Assembly (NCBI GenBank): GCA_965153355.1
Contig: OZ231126.1
Location: forward strand, 10,354,001 to 10,418,000
Origin: Flaccisagitta enflata
Taxonomy: Eukaryota
Reading direction: 5' to 3'
Length of the DNA: 64,000 nt
Part shown: positions 24,508 to 47,844 of the stretch, piece by piece
Layout of the letters: each line of letters begins with the position of its first letter
Position numbering within the stretch: the first letter of the stretch is position 1
Notes under the pieces: generated by a model
The model's input: the letters and a program-made list of their open reading frames with translations, nothing else
Told to the model about the DNA's origin: nothing
The model's database searches: none
Position numbers and translations under genes: made by a program

Positions 24508-26811
24508 GGGGGAAGCGCCTGAAAGCTAAATTTTTCCAGTGGCCTGATGTCTAAAAATGATTTAGGCCTGAGAGCTAAAAAAAGATTTTAGACTTGGGGC
24601 CAATTTGAAACTAAAAGCATTGGCATGTTTTGAAAATCTAAACGCACCTAACAGCTAAAAAGTAAGCGCCTGATGTCTAAAAAACAGGAAGGCATTGAGC
24701 GACAGATATGAAAAACAGTTATAAGAAACGGAGATGGATGGATTAGAGTGAGCAACAGACCAATAAAAGGACAAAGTGTCTGATGATCACTAGAATAGAA
24801 TAGAAGGTAGATCCTCGAGGGCAGACCGATGTGTCCGCATAGGGGAGGACTTCGAATCAACTCCGATATTTCGCGCAGATGACGAGTTTGTTCTTCTCTG
24901 CCATACGTCAGTTTCATATTTTTTTTTCCGTCTGCAATAAAAACATAAGAAATTATCAAGTGCAGTAGATGGTACAGCATGCATGAGCAATTGAGATAAA
25001 GTCAAATTGCAAATAGAATATTTCACTAATTACTGTTCATTAATATACAGTATGTTTTTTGTAATGCAACATATCTCTGCTTCTAAGCATCATAGCAAGA
25101 TGCAGATTGTACCATTGGATAGAGCATGATTGTCTTTTTTTAGTTTTTTGATATTATAACAGGGGTGTATATTCTTGAGTCGCTTTTGATTTTTTTCCCC
25201 CCCCTGCCTTTGATTTTCTTCCCCGCGACGCGTCGCGTCATGTTTTTATATCCATGATTTTCTTCCCCATATAGCAATAAAACTATGTAGTTAAGGTTTA
25301 AATAGTGTTAAATTGTGTTCTACTAATTGAGTTTTATGATTTGGTACTGTAAAAAGTTATATTTTCCCCAAATTTCCTTTTTTTCTCTTTTTTCCCCCTT
25401 AGATTTCCTTCCCCATCTCCAGACCCTTTGATTTTTTCCCCCCCCCACCGGGGGGGGGAAAACTCAAGAATATACAGGCCTGTATTATAATGCATTATGT
25501 CATGGTGTGATCCCCTCTCCCCTACATAATCATTGCGCTGCTGTGTTATCCATTTTTGCCCCATGGAGGGAATAAACCTTATTTTCATTTCATTTTCATG
25601 TTATATTAGTAATGTAAATCTATTTAACAATTCTATTCATAATTTACAAATTATACCATAATCGGCAAGAGAATAGTTTTAGCTTTCTTTTGATGTATCA
25701 CATAATAAGATTTAAGTAATAGATGCGTTTCAATAAACTACTATTGATGAGGATATCTCTTGATCTCTCTGTCACGTTTTTGGCCAACCACCATCACTTT
25801 TCCCCCTGAAAATATAAGTTTTCTGAGATCTTCTTTTATTTTCTATACAAATAACATGCACTTTCTTTTGCTCATCGCGTCAAGGCGCGTGGTCGTAGAG
25901 ATAAAATGAAAACAGATTTAAACTCGTCATGTTTTGGAGATTTTAAGTGTAGCTCGCCTTAACTCAACGCAGCCTGCTTAGACCACAACAACCTTTTATT
26001 TAAAGCTTCAACAACTGCGGAATTTATTTGACAATTTAAAAAAAAAAAATATCTTGTGATGATGATAGGTATAAATAACAAAAATTCCTTGGCCTAGAAC
26101 ATTTTCATGCCTTTGTCATGGCCTGGGCGTGCAAGGAGTCAAGAAACTTATTTCCGACATAGTATTTTTCTTGCGAGCTCCATGAATCTTAACTAATGTT
26201 ACGTTTCTAGTTATATCCCTACCACAATGCCAGCAAACACCTTGATGTCTGCAACATCTTGAAAATAGCTGTCTGATTCTCCTTCTTTAGAAAATGAGAA
26301 GATTGAAATCATTAAATGATAAACATTCAGGGGCTTTCCTGTGATTTTCTGCTATAAAAACATGTCAATCTATAATGTACACTAGTTGCTGTTCTTAAAA
26401 AGATTTTGTAATTTTTTTTAAATCAGAAAAAAGGCAGTTTCACTAAAAAGCATAAAATTGCTTAGTCCCTTGAGATGCCTTCTAGTTAAGCCCATCTGTA
26501 CTGTATACGTAAAGAAAAATATGAGCAAATAAAACAAGTAGATAAAGATGAGACTTGATTTGTGTATGGTTTCAATTGGGGCCTTATACTTTTTCCATTT
26601 TCTTTTATCATTCTCAACCTTACTCTTTTTTAGAACTTAGGCCAATAACTAATAGAAATTTTAGAAGTTAGGCCACTTTTTCTGACAAAATCTTTAGAAA
26701 TAAAATGCCTCAAAATTGGCTGCAAAGCTAAAAAAATATTTTAGCTCTCAGGCCAATCTGTCAGGAAAAAATTTTAGCTGTTGAGCGCTTTAGCTGTGGG
26801 GAGATACACCC
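24508..26811. mobile_element. Non-autonomous DNA transposon with 8-bp TSD
   Basis: TTACATTG at 24500-24507 and 26812-26819; imperfect GGG...AGCTAAA termini. Confidence 0.65.
25160..25482. mobile_element. hAT-like MITE
   Basis: TIR cagg..tgtatattcttgag / ctcaagaatataca..cctg; 8-bp TSD TATTATAA. Confidence 0.8.
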
Positions 26812-27558
26812 TTACATTGTATTAGGTACAATAAGAGGTAAAAAAAAAAAATTGGCTTGGAAACATAGCATTTATAGCTTTATATTAGCAAAATTAATGC
26901 ATTTTGAAGCATTTTTTATGCTGAAAAAGGAAGTCACACCTTCTAAAGCTTCAAAAAACTACTGAGCAGGGTGGCAATCATTGCTGTAAACAAACTTTCA
27001 CCCTATCGAGCTAGTTTGGAGGGATATCAACCCGTTAAGCACAAAAAAATACTAAAAAACAGCAAAAAAAAAGGATTTTCTAAACAAGAAATTATGACTA
27101 TTTTTTTCAAAAATTCAAAAAAATACAAAAAATGTATGATAACAGTATAAATACCCATATTTTAGTCTCTGACAACTAGATAGAAGAAAAAAATTATAAA
27201 CCAGGGCTTAAAATAAGCTAAAACACACTAGAAAAATCCAAATTTGTTGTTTTTTAGCAGTTATTTTGCTTCAATTTGTACAAGATGCCTCTGAACTAGT
27301 TAAAAGGAATTAAAATATTAATACAGCAGCTATTGCCACACTATCCAACTATCTTTTCCAATTTAAAAAAAAACAAACCATAATCTTTAGCTTGAAATGT
27401 ACTTAGAAATGCTTTATTTTTGCTTATATTAAGCTACAAATGCTATATTTCCATTTTTGTTTTTAATTTTAATTGTACCTAATACAGTGTACAACATGCC
27501 TAGGGGGTTCACAACACTTGGCCTTTTTTTTCCACCAAGGGTTTGTTCCTGGGATGCG

Positions 27559-27611
<53 letters not shown>

Positions 27612-28172
27612 CTCCAGGTGCTCCTACTTAAAGGCATGATCAAAAATGAAAACTGTTGTAAAAACTATTGCCTTTGGGTTGATCAAAAACGTTATTGTCT
27701 ATGGATGATGATTATGGACGAAATTGGACCAAGCTGATCAGGACATATTTGTTATTATTGATGCTTATAATTAACAATTTTGAAAAGGCCATATTTTCAA
27801 CCTGGGTTTCTGATCGAGCAAGGCTGAGTAGGCCAATGATGCGTCCTCTATTAATGAATGTTTTTAGTCGCGTGCTGCGCGACTCTTCATCCCGCTTTGT
27901 CGGTCCGTCGGTTGGTCAGTCGGTCTGTCTTTACTTTACTTTCACTTTTCCGGCGGTTTAAAGCTTTTTGTGCTCACTGCTCCTTCCCGTCATTCTAAGT
28001 CATTCTAGGTCATTCAAAGTCGTTTTTAGTTAAATTAAGTTATATTAAGTCACTGAAGTCAATTTGAGTTCTTTTAAGTTGTTTTAAGTCATTTTAAGTC
28101 ATTTTAGGTCAGTTTAGCTCATCTTGAGTCATTTAAACTTTAAAGTCAATATAAGTCATCTTAAGTTATTTA

Positions 28173-28593
28173 CACTTTTTTTTTAAAAGAACCTAGTTTA
28201 TAAGAACATCAAGGCTTCGAATGGGCCAAAAATTAAGGACATCTTAAGAACATATGAAGGCTTCAAATCTTGAGAAAAAATTTCGCTTAAAGTAATATTT
28301 AAAGAATATTAACAAAACACTAACATTTTAGTATAACTAAGCTAAATTTTTTTTTATTTCTAATATAAAAACCAAGAAAATATCCCCAGACATTAATTTT
28401 AAGCATTTGTTTTAAAAGTATTCAAAAGAAATATATTTAATATAATCAAATAATAGTATATTATAAGGTTCCTTATAGTATATTTAGTATTTTAAATTAA
28501 GAACGCTCTAAGAACGTTGAAGGCTTCATTTGGCCTTGAAAATAAGAACATGAAGCCTTCGAAAAAAAATGACGTTCTTTTTAAAAAAAAGTG
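28173..28593. mobile_element. MITE with TA TSD (Tc1/mariner-like); shorter relative at about 53035-53190
   Basis: ta|cacttttttttt..aaaagaac ... gttctttttaaaaaaaagtg|ta. Confidence 0.65.
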
Positions 28594-29852
28594 TATGTGT
28601 TGGCTTGACGGTATGTTTTCCCCCTCATGTGCTCAAAACCCATGTACCCGATCGTTTTTTATTATTTCTATAACATTACTACCTAGAACCAAAGAGATTT
28701 GGGATTTTTGATCCATTTTAGGGACCGCGAGTTCCATTTATTTATCACCACTCCAAGGTGGTTGTGGTGAAAATGTTGAAATTTGGTCACTTTGGGCTAA
28801 AAATTGGGCCACTTTGGTTTGGAAATTTGACCCGAAATCTGTGAGATTATGAAACTAGAGCTCAAGAGCTAACCAGTGGTGCAATCCGCATGTTGCTATC
28901 ATTTTTTGTTAAGATTTGAGAGCTTTTCAAAGATGGAAGGGTATGAGGGTTATTTTACCAATTGAATTTGGTGGTCAATTTTGACATTTTTTACAATTTT
29001 TGATATATTTCCGCTTTGGATGGACAAATCTGGATGAAATTGGTGACCAAATCAAAAGAGTTTTTGATACTCTAGATGAATCTGGTAAAATTTTGGATCG
29101 ATATGACCCTCAAAATTTTTGGGAGACTCTACAAGCAGGTGCTAAAAAGTGATTTTTTTTGCCATTTTGGCTACTTTGGTCAAAAAATTTGGGCACTTCT
29201 GAGATAGAAAATGACAAAAAATCAGTGGGCAAATTAAACTACTGTTCAAGATCTAACCAATGGTGCAATCGGCATGTCAATAGGTTAAAGCATATAGATT
29301 TGGCAAAGCTTCAAAGATCAGTGGGTATAATAAAATGACATTTTTTGGTCATTATAAGCCTAAAAGCTCTGCCAAATCTATATGCTTCAACATATCGACA
29401 AGCCGGTTGCATCATTTTTTAGATCTTGAACAGTAGTTTAATTTGCCCACCGATTTTTTGTCATTTTCTATCTCGGAAGTGCCCAAATTTTTTGACCAAA
29501 GTAGCCAAAATGGCGAAAAAAATCACTTTAGCACCAGAGGAAAACTTGACACTCTAATGACTCTTTATCTGACAAAAAAAGCAAAAAAAAAAAAAAGCAA
29601 AAAAACAAAACAAAACAAAACAAGAAAAAAAAAACAAAAAAAAAAAAAAAACAAACTGAGCATTGCTGGTGTCTTTTTTTTTAAACATAACCTCGTAAAA
29701 CTGATTCGAGTTTCTAATGCTAACTAACGACCTCTAGACTTTCAGAAACCTTTATCGTGATTGATTAGACAAATGCCCTGGCGCTGGGAGGGTATTTTTA
29801 TAGACACGCAACTAAACAGGAGGCTTTGTCCGTCCGTTGGTCCGGTGTTTTT

Positions 29853-29934
<82 letters not shown>

Positions 29935-30096
29935 TGTATGTGTGTGTGTGCGTGTGTGAAGGTAGTGCATACTAGTAGAAGGAGGTGTACAACTGTACAA
30001 CTGTACATATGTAGATATGCCCCTGCCCACCCGCCCTTTCATCTTCATAGAGTTTATGGTTGGTTATAGTAATGATGTCGGGGTTGCTGCTGCTGC

Positions 30097-30097
<1 letters not shown>

Positions 30098-30178
<81 letters not shown>

Positions 30179-30188
30179 GATGTTGATC

Positions 30189-30249
<61 letters not shown>

Positions 30250-30258
30250 GCTTGTTGT
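30098..30258. repeat. (GTT)n microsatellite
   Basis: Directly visible. Confidence 0.95.
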
Positions 30259-30329
30259 TGTGGTGGGGGTCTCTGTTCACTTTGCTCTAAGACTTTTAGC
30301 TCCTCTACTCATGTGATATACAATCATAA

Positions 30330-30780
30330 AACGCAGCAATTTTATTAGCGATAACTGTTGATTCGCGAGAAAAAAATCAATTTTGAGTACAAATTACAGG
30401 AAACGCCGCATAATCCGACAGAAAAGTGTTTCACAACATAGACGAACAACAATTACATCATACATCTTCTTAGCTGATAATTCATTCAAAAGGTTCTTTA
30501 TCTGGAGACTACGATTATTTACTAGTAAATACTCGTCAACGGTTTTTAAGTGCAAAAACGCGAACAATGGAAAAAAACGCGTGATAGGAAGACGTTTCAT
30601 AATTTAACATTTAACAAAAATTACTGTCAACCAGAAATACAGCTTGAAACAACCAATTTCTGCGTCGGTTTGTTTTTTGTTTTCTTTTTTTTTTTTTTGT
30701 TTGCATATATAAACAGTTCAGTTCCGGTTCATTAGCAGTCTTCATCGACATCATCGTTTTCTTTTTCGTGTGGGCCGAGC
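30330..30780 (-). other. Putative last exon of the APGWamide precursor gene (3' UTR or read-through extension)
   Basis: Acceptor TTTTGCTTTAAACAG|G at 30781/30780; candidate donor AG|GTGACG at 31477/31476. Confidence 0.5.
30341..30346 (-). terminator. Putative polyadenylation signal of the APGWamide gene
   Basis: AATAAA on the minus strand, ending about 440 nt of unique UTR-like sequence after the acceptor at 30781. Confidence 0.4.
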
Positions 30781-31478
30781 CTGTTTAAAGCAAAATACAC
30801 AAAATTCAATGAAAATACATGAAAGTACTGCAACATCTAAATACACCTTGTATACGCAATATTAGGAATGATAGATGTCATCAAGACTAAGTAGGCCAAC
30901 GATGCTTCCTCTTTAAATGAATGTGAATAAATAAATGAGAGAATAGATGAATGGTTGGATCAAATAAATGCACGGATCAAATGAATGAATGATCGAATGA
31001 ATGACTGAAATGAATGGATCAAATGGAAGGAAGGATAAACTGAGGAATCAAGGCTATCAAGTTGTGAGGAATGAAAAAATATTATGATGAAACCAAAAGC
31101 TTGACAGACCGATTGACGAAAATACCGTGGAAACATTATGATGATTAACAACTTATTAACAACAAAGCCAAGTGATTTTTATAGCCAGTGTGCGAGACTC
31201 GCTGATTAGGAATTTGTGAATAAACATTTGAATGAATGAGTGAATGAATGAATGAATGAATGAATGAATGAACGAACGACATAAAGAAAAAAATTGAAAG
31301 GCATAAGAGGTATATCAGAGATGACAAAAGACGTCGCGCACTCGGGATGGATCATATAGCGCAGATGTGACAAATGCATATTTAACCAACCAACCAACCG
31401 GCCAACCGACCGAGCAACCGACTGACCAAGGGACGTGACCTGAATAATACGTGCTAGGATTGAAAATAAACGTCACCT

Positions 31479-40061
<8,583 letters not shown>

Positions 40062-40311
40062 CTTTTATCTGGAGAAGGAGAAAAAGACGAGGAGCTGGTG
40101 AATTAAGGACCCATGCCTCATTAATATTTCAAGTTATATCTCCTTTTAAGTCGCGGACTTGCGACTCTGTAGGAGGCGTTGTTTGTCCGTCCGTCCGGCA
40201 GTCTGTTGGTTGGTCTGTGACGCTCGAGTTGAAAAGTGCGAGATCGAGATCACGCATTTGAGATGCTGTAATTGTTCTTTTGAGTTTGTCTGTGTGGTTT
40301 TGTTTGTGTGG

Positions 40312-40346
<35 letters not shown>

Positions 40347-40347
40347 C

Positions 40348-40450
<103 letters not shown>

Positions 40451-40732
40451 TGTGTGTGTGTGTGTGTATGTGATGTGTGCAACAATTCATCCTATATAAA
40501 ACTCATACAATTATCCAAAAAAGAAACATTAAGCTTTAAAGAAAATCTGAAAAAATACGGACATTTACATAGCGTAAGCTTCCATTACATACACATACAT
40601 ACCTAATATATGGTTTTTTGAAACGCTATCAAAATTCCTCAGGTACATACTTTTTACTAAATGTGTCATATTTCTTCTATTTAAATCAAAATTTTAGGTG
40701 TATTTTAGAAAAATATATAAAAAACATTTTAG

Positions 40733-40875
<143 letters not shown>

Positions 40876-43652
40876 AAGAGGGGGGGCTGAACGCACCAGC
40901 CCAAGCTCATCTGTCGGCGCCGATACTGTAACCTCGCGTTACTTCTTTATCACTTTGTTAATCGACTGTCGACCTCACTCACGCGCGCGGTCTAAAGCCA
41001 GATGGATTTTTATGCCGGGGATAAATAATAGATTATTTTCCGCCAAAATATCTTTTGACGTCTTCTTATGTCAAGGAATGTGAATGAGAGGAAAAAATGT
41101 AAAATGCTCGCAAAAGCGTCTAGAACGGTCTGTGGTACCCGATGCCCCATGTTTTGCATTTGTTGGGAAAAAAGTCGAAGTCAGTCTTCGACTTTTTGAC
41201 ATATTCGAGAGAAACAGGGTTTTCATTTGCTTATAAATGCGAAAGTTGATGGTCTTTTCCGGCTGATTGGGGCCGCCAATGAAATTGATAGGGTTAGTAA
41301 ATTTGATAATTCTCTTTCATTTGGCGCCAAGCAGAATGCTTTACGACAAATATTTTTTGCGCTATGATTTTTTAAAAATTTTTTTACAAAAAATTTAAAT
41401 TGAATTTTTTTTTTATTTGTTTTGATTTTAAATAGGATCGATAAAAGAGTGTATTTATGTTTGTTGGAGCATGAAAATACAAAAAAACATGTTTATGAGC
41501 ATAGCTGCTCAACTGTGAGGGTGTTTTTGAGCATTCTAGCTCATTTAGCTCATTTTGCTCAATCTTTTTTTCTGATTTCAAATGCAATAAATGAATTAAT
41601 ATTTTGATACATGTTAAAGCAAGCAGATACAAAAAAACATGTCACAAGATGTCAGTGAGCATAAGTGCTCTTCTGTGAGGGTGTTTTTAAGTATTTTAGC
41701 TCATTTAACTCAGTTTTTTTTCTGATTTTAAAAAGGATAAATAAATGAATATTTGATATGAGCATGCAAATACAAGAAAGCATGTCAGTGAGCATAGCTG
41801 GTTGTCTGGTTGAGTGATTTTAGCTCGTCTAGCTCATTTGGCTCAGTCCTATTTTTCTCTGATTTTCAGTGCAATCAATACATACTATTGCTCTTGATTT
41901 GATCTAACAAATAAAAAGATTTGCAGTGACTGGAAACAAAAGCTTGGTGAAAAGTGACCAACGCTTACGACTTTTTTCCTCACGGCGACAGCCGCCATTA
42001 CTGGTAACCCTGAAATTAGTGTATGTTGTGATAGGGCGATTTTTGTTTCTGTTTCAGACAGAATTTTTTTTTTTCACTAAATACTCTAAACTTCATGGAT
42101 ATTGTGCCGAAGGGATTCACATGGGATTTTAGGTCAGTGTCAACCGAGAACATTGAACATTTTTCAGGTGGTGAAAAGAATATGCAACTTTTTTGTCTTC
42201 TTATAATGTTTGCAAAACAATTTTTAGGCTAAAATGTTTTACAAATAAGAGACCCAGTGGAAGGGTCTTTAGTCACGTGATACGTGATACGTGACTCAAT
42301 ACCCCGCCATGTCTGTCCATTGGTTGGTCGGTCGGTCGGTCCCTTTATTATTTTTTTGGCATTTTTGAGCGTTTTGAGCTCACTGCTCCCACCCAAACGC
42401 CCCAGTGCCCACCCGCACGTGACTAGGGTAGCCGTGTTTGTTCTTCTTAGTACTTTTTTTCTAGTCATTGATATTGTTAGTCGCGAACTCGCGACACCAT
42501 AATAAGCTTTGTTTGTCCATCCGTCGATACGTCTGTCGACCCGTCCGTCGGTCTGTGATATGAAAAGTGTGAAATGAAAACATTGTAGATACCGTGGTTG
42601 TGATCGTGAGTGTCAGTGTACACGCCCCCCCCCCCCGCCACACACTCATACACTCATACACTTACACACAATAACGACTGCAGATTTTTCGTTTTTTCAA
42701 CTTTAGCATGGACAGACCAACGGACGGAAAGACGGACCAACGGACGGACAAAGCCTTGTATAAGAGTTGCGCGCACGCTACTAAAAATCATTTCAATTTA
42801 GGACCATTGATTATGAAAGAGGAATCTCTTACGCCACTGATCCTTTCGCGAACTGGCGCCGCAGCAGGCGGAAAATATGAAATGTGTCATCACGTTGTTA
42901 AATGATTTCGAACTGTTTTGCTTCACATTTTTTTGCCAAGATGTCATCTTTGGGTTTAAGTGTGAGATAATAACATCGAACATCGGAAACCCGGTTTAAC
43001 GATATTTGAGGAACTCACCACTTTTAATCCCGTGCTATGCGACTGCACCCCGCTCGCGCTCTCTATGTTTGTCTGTTCGTCCGTCCGTTCATCACACTTC
43101 TTTTTTGAGAGTTTTTAACACGTGTTAAGTGGGTCGATGACTTTTTGGTACAGAACTATTGATGAATAAATCGACGAGTTCTTCTGTTTCAAAGTCTTTT
43201 GGCTTTGGTGAAATTGTCAAATTTTGAGCCTGGCTAGGATATGGGTCTCAAGGCTTGGATTTGAGCTTCAAGGCTTGGATTTCAGCCTCGAGGCTGGGAT
43301 TTCATCCTTTAGGTTAGGATTCGAGCCTCCAGGCTAGGATTTGAGCATCGCGGCTGGGATTTGAAGGAGGGAGCAAGGTGGCAGTCCCAAAAGGGTCGTG
43401 TCAATGAACATTTTTTTCCTTCTCCTTCTAGCGATTGGGATTTGGGCCTTTAGGCTGATATTTAGGCTGTGGGGCTGGAATTTGTTCTTTATGGCTGGGA
43501 TTTGGTCTTTAAGGGTGGGATTTGGTCCTTGGGGCTGGGATTTAGGCATTGGAGCCGGAAATTGGGGGCAATGGTGGGGGGTTACAAAGAAGGAGAAAAT
43601 TACCCATTTTCTTGAGAGCATAGGTCATTGAATCCTTTGGGGCCAATGCCTA

Positions 43653-45031
43653 ACAGGTCGCCCAAGGGCAATATGTGGTCAGCCATATCCGTTGCCCGGC
43701 TTTGCAAGATTGTGAATTGGAGTAAGAGGAAGCCGAGCAGCGGCTTCAAAGGGGACTAAGTCCTGTAGAACACAGAGGGATTTCTGTTTCTTTGTTTGTC
43801 CATCTGTCTGTCCGTCCATCCCCCCCACACCCTCTCAGGTCTGAAATCGGTCCTCTCAGGCCTGAAATCTACCCTCTCAGGCCTGAAATCTGCTCTCTCA
43901 GGCCTGAAATCTGTTCTCTTAGACCTTAAACCTGCCCTCACAGAATCATGGCTTGAGAGGCTCGATTTCAGGCCAGAGAGGGCAGATTTCAGGCCTGAGA
44001 AGGCAGATTTCAGGCCTGAGTTGGCAGAATTCAGGCCTGAGAGGGTAGATTTGAGGCCTAAGAGAAGGCCTGGAGAGGATGGACGAATGGACGAATGGAC
44101 AAACGGATGCATGAACAAACAAAAGTTCCCTTGTGTTCTACAGGACTTTGTCCCCTTTGGGGCTGCTGCCCAAAAAGCGTCATAACAAAATAGTCGCAAA
44201 GCCAAAGGCATCAGATGAATGAATGAATGAATGAATGAATTTTATTTACGATAAAAGCAACAAGCAAAAACTTGTTCGATCGACGGATAGCTCGATTAAG
44301 TCATTACAACTTTTTTCCAATGGGGTCCGGTGAGATAAAACAGGTCGCCCAAGGGCAATATGTGGTCAGCGATACCCGTTGCCCTGCTTTGAGTGATTGT
44401 GAATTGGAGGGAGGGGAAGCAGGGCAGCGGCCCCAAAGGGGTCCCGAAGGGGAGGAAGTCCTGTAGAACACAGGGGGACTTTCGTTCATCCTGCTTGAAG
44501 AAGGGGAGGAGATGCTATAGAGGACTGACTGAAGGCCTTCTAGAGCCTAATCTGAGGTCTAAGAGGCTGATATAAGGCCTGACAATGCAAATTGGAAGCT
44601 TGAGTTGAGAGGGCTGACTTGAAGCTTGGGAGAGCTGTTCAGGCTTGAAATCAGAGGAGTGACTTGAAGCCTGAGAGCAATAAATTGATTTGAAGCCTGA
44701 GAGGCCTAATTTGAGGCCTTAGAGGCTAGGTTTGAGGCCTCAGAATTTGGATTAGAGGTCTGAGAGGCCTAATTTGAGGCTTGAGAGGCCAGGTTTGAGG
44801 CCTGAGAGGTTGGATCTGAGGCCAGAGAGGCAAGATTAGAGGCCTGAGAGGCTGGATTTGAGGCCCTGAGAGGCAGGATTTGAGGCCTGAGGGGCCAGAT
44901 TTGAGGCCTGAGAGGCCTGATGAGGTAGGGGGGACGGACGAACGAACGGACAAACGAACAAACGGACGGACAAACGAAAGTCCCCCTGTGTTCTACAGGA
45001 CTTCGTCCCCTTTGGGGCCGCGGCCCAAAAA
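43653..45031 (-). mobile_element. Two HINE-like elements (about 43653-44177 and 44340-45031), same family as 22793-23590
   Basis: caggtcgcccaagggcaatatgtggtcagc end, the same subterminal inverted repeats and the 21-bp minisatellite. Confidence 0.7.
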
Positions 45032-46857
45032 GCTAAAAAATATAGTGTAAAATATTAAGAATATTAAAGACAAAATTGTATGTGATAGGAAATGTCTTTA
45101 TTCATTGAAGGCCAAATTTTTAAAGAAAGTCTCTTGGATCTTCTTTAGCTTGATATGGTTCAAACAAATGCTTAAAAGTTTTCTAAAATATTTGAGCTAG
45201 AACCTTGAAATTTGAAACGTACAATATTGAAAGCGCTGAGCAGGTCCATGCAAAAGGTTGAGCTACTGGCTGACCTCAAAAAGTTTTCGAGTCAAAGTCT
45301 ATTTATGTGGAGGCATAGGACATTGACCCCTTTGGGGCCATTGCCCTGCATCCACGGCCAATCTTAATCACAAACTACTCCAGCGGGGCACGGGTATCGC
45401 TGACCATCTGATGCTTTTGCGACTATTTCGTTTTGACCCTTTTGGACAGAATTTCGGGGGGGGACGTATAGGTGAATTGGTGGTAATGAGGGGGTGATTG
45501 GGGGGTGACAGGTGGTGGGATTTGGGGCAGTGTGTAGGTGAATTGGTGGTGATGAGGGGGTGATTGGAGGGTGACAGGTATTTATTTTTCGTGGTGGTGG
45601 GATTTGGGGCAGTGTGGGGACCGAGGAGGAGAAGAAGATTCCGTGAAAGCATAGGTTATCGACCCGTTTGTAACTGTCTCCGAAATAACATATTTAAGCT
45701 GCCATGTTTCTGTTTATTTGTTTTTTGTTTGTTTATTCTATTTTTTTTCATGATGATGGATCTTACTATGCAACAAACCCAACACAGGGCAAAAGTCGCG
45801 GAAGGTTGAGCAGGGGCAACACAGCAAACAATACTCACACTTTATACATATAGAGTTGGACAACATTACTTCATGACAAAAATCTAGAATAAGGACAAGA
45901 GCCTTGGGAGCTCTAACTGGTGTTTCATCCGGACCCCTCACAGCTATCCTTAGAAATATCAAAATCAACTTCAAACCTTACCACAAAGCGGCTCAACAGA
46001 CTCAAATCAACAGCAAGAAAAATCTATAATTGTCAGCTATTTGTGAGATGTGCAAGTGACAAGAAAGAGTACCAGATGAGTGTGCTGAACGCCCCAAGGT
46101 TCCTCACAGCCATCTGATCTTCCCATTGTAAAATGCTCATAACACCCATAACCTTAAATCAAGATCCTTCCCACTAATTGAGACAAATCCATTAAATTAC
46201 TCTGAGTCAACCCCAATAGGGCTAAGCAAAATGGTCTTTCACTTTGACTGACTCTAGCTCCTAAACGGTTAAAGATACAGACCTGGGATTGGTCTAGAAT
46301 GAAAGTTCTTTAAAATCAGTTTGTCCAATCAATGTTTGTGGAGCTTTTTGAACTGATTTCATTGACAAATACAAAGCTGCGTCTTTTTTTTAAATTCGCG
46401 TAGTATACCGTAAGACGTTCAAAGATGCAATCTTTCAATGATATCACAGACTAGGTATAGAGTCGCGTTTGCGCGACTACAAGTGCAATTTTAATCAAAA
46501 AAAAAAGACGCACCTCTTTATAAAACAGATAAAAAAAAATAATCTAACTATTTTCAGTTAAGTCATTTTTAAAGATTTTCAAAAAATCTTTCATTCTAGA
46601 CCTGTATCTCAAACGGTTTAGAAGCTAGAGCTCTGCAAAGAGAAGCATTATTTTATAAAAATGCATTTTTTCATAGGGATTGCGAAACTGAAATAGGCAA
46701 CATTTTTATTCAATTTAATGACATTTCTAAACGAAAAAAGATAGGATTACCAGATTAGCGCCAAATAAAAGTACTTTTGATGGGCTTTCAGATGACTTAA
46801 GATTTTGTTTGGTTTTGTTAGGATTCATAGGCAAAATTAGCTATTCAAAAGTGCGTC

Positions 46858-47345
46858 TTTTTGGGCAGCGGCCCCGGAGGGGCCGATGACCTATGATTCC
46901 ACATAGGGCAATTTTCTCCGGTTTCCGTCCGTCCGTCCGTCCGTCCCCCCCCAGCCTCAAATAAAGCCCCTCAGACCCCAAATCAGGCCTTTTTGACTCC
47001 AAATCAGGCCTCTCAGACCCCAAATCAGGCCTCCCAGACCCCAGGTCAGGCTTTTCAGACCCCAAATTAGACCCCTCAGACCCAAATAAGGCCTTTCAGA
47101 CCCCAAATCAAGCCTCTCAGACCCCAAACCACGCCTCTCACACCCTAAATCAGACCTTTCAGAGCCAAAATCAGGCCTCTCAGCCCTCCAAACCAGATTC
47201 TCAAACCGGAGAAAATTGTCCTATGTGGAATCATAGGTCATCGGCCCCTCCGGGGCCGCTGCCCCTCTCATAATCTCATTCCCACACACACTAACTTAGG
47301 GGCATCGGGTACCGCTGACCATGTAACGCTTTTGCGACTATTTTT
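46858..47345 (+). mobile_element. HINE-like element, related subfamily
   Basis: gggcagcggccccggaggggccgatgacctatgattccacatagg inverted repeat, a minisatellite and a gggtaccgctgacca 3' end. Confidence 0.7.
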
Positions 47346-47643
47346 TAGTCGTATGGTAAGTAATCTTTGCAAAAGATTTTTGCTGTAATCTGTTTGGGCA
47401 TCTTTATTTTGCAAATACTCACTGATAAGTGACTTACATATTATAGTAATATTGTACCCTGGTTTTGTCAATTTCTACGAAATGAAAATATCATGTTTAA
47501 CCCTTTTGACACAACAAAGCTTACCTTCAAATGCAAGCCATCTTAAATCACTTAAAAACTTATTCAAACGCACGAAATAATTATTTGAATTAAGTAAAGG
47601 TGAAAAAGAGTAAAATATTTCTATTATTATATTCTCTCCTCAC

Positions 47644-47743
47644 CTGAGAGTTAGAGACGATTATTGCTATACGGCGTTGCGCTGTTTTTCCGTGTCTTTT
47701 TTTCTTCTCTTGAGTTTCTCTCGTTTGGTGGCGTCTTTAAATA
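47644..47743 (-). promoter_or_regulatory. Candidate core promoter and non-coding first exon of the APGWamide gene
   Basis: TATTTAAA (47743-47736) lies about 30 nt upstream of a TCA initiator-like site (about 47712), followed by a strong donor CAG|GTGAG at 47644/47643. GC/CpG-rich unique sequence lies upstream. Confidence 0.45.
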
Positions 47744-47770
47744 CTCCGCGGACGCTCGAAGGCGCTCCAA

Positions 47771-47844
<74 letters not shown>

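Larger units (their letters stand above)
24436..27560. mobile_element. Chapaev/CMC-like MITE interrupted by nested insertions
   Basis: Termini catcccaggaacaaaccc... and ...gggtttgttcctgggatgcgtg. Same family as the uninterrupted copy at 52127-52913. Confidence 0.7.

Noticed and set aside
30330-30730. SECIS element for the neuropeptide UGA
   Set aside because: No convincing AUGA...AA...GA stem-loop found by eye.
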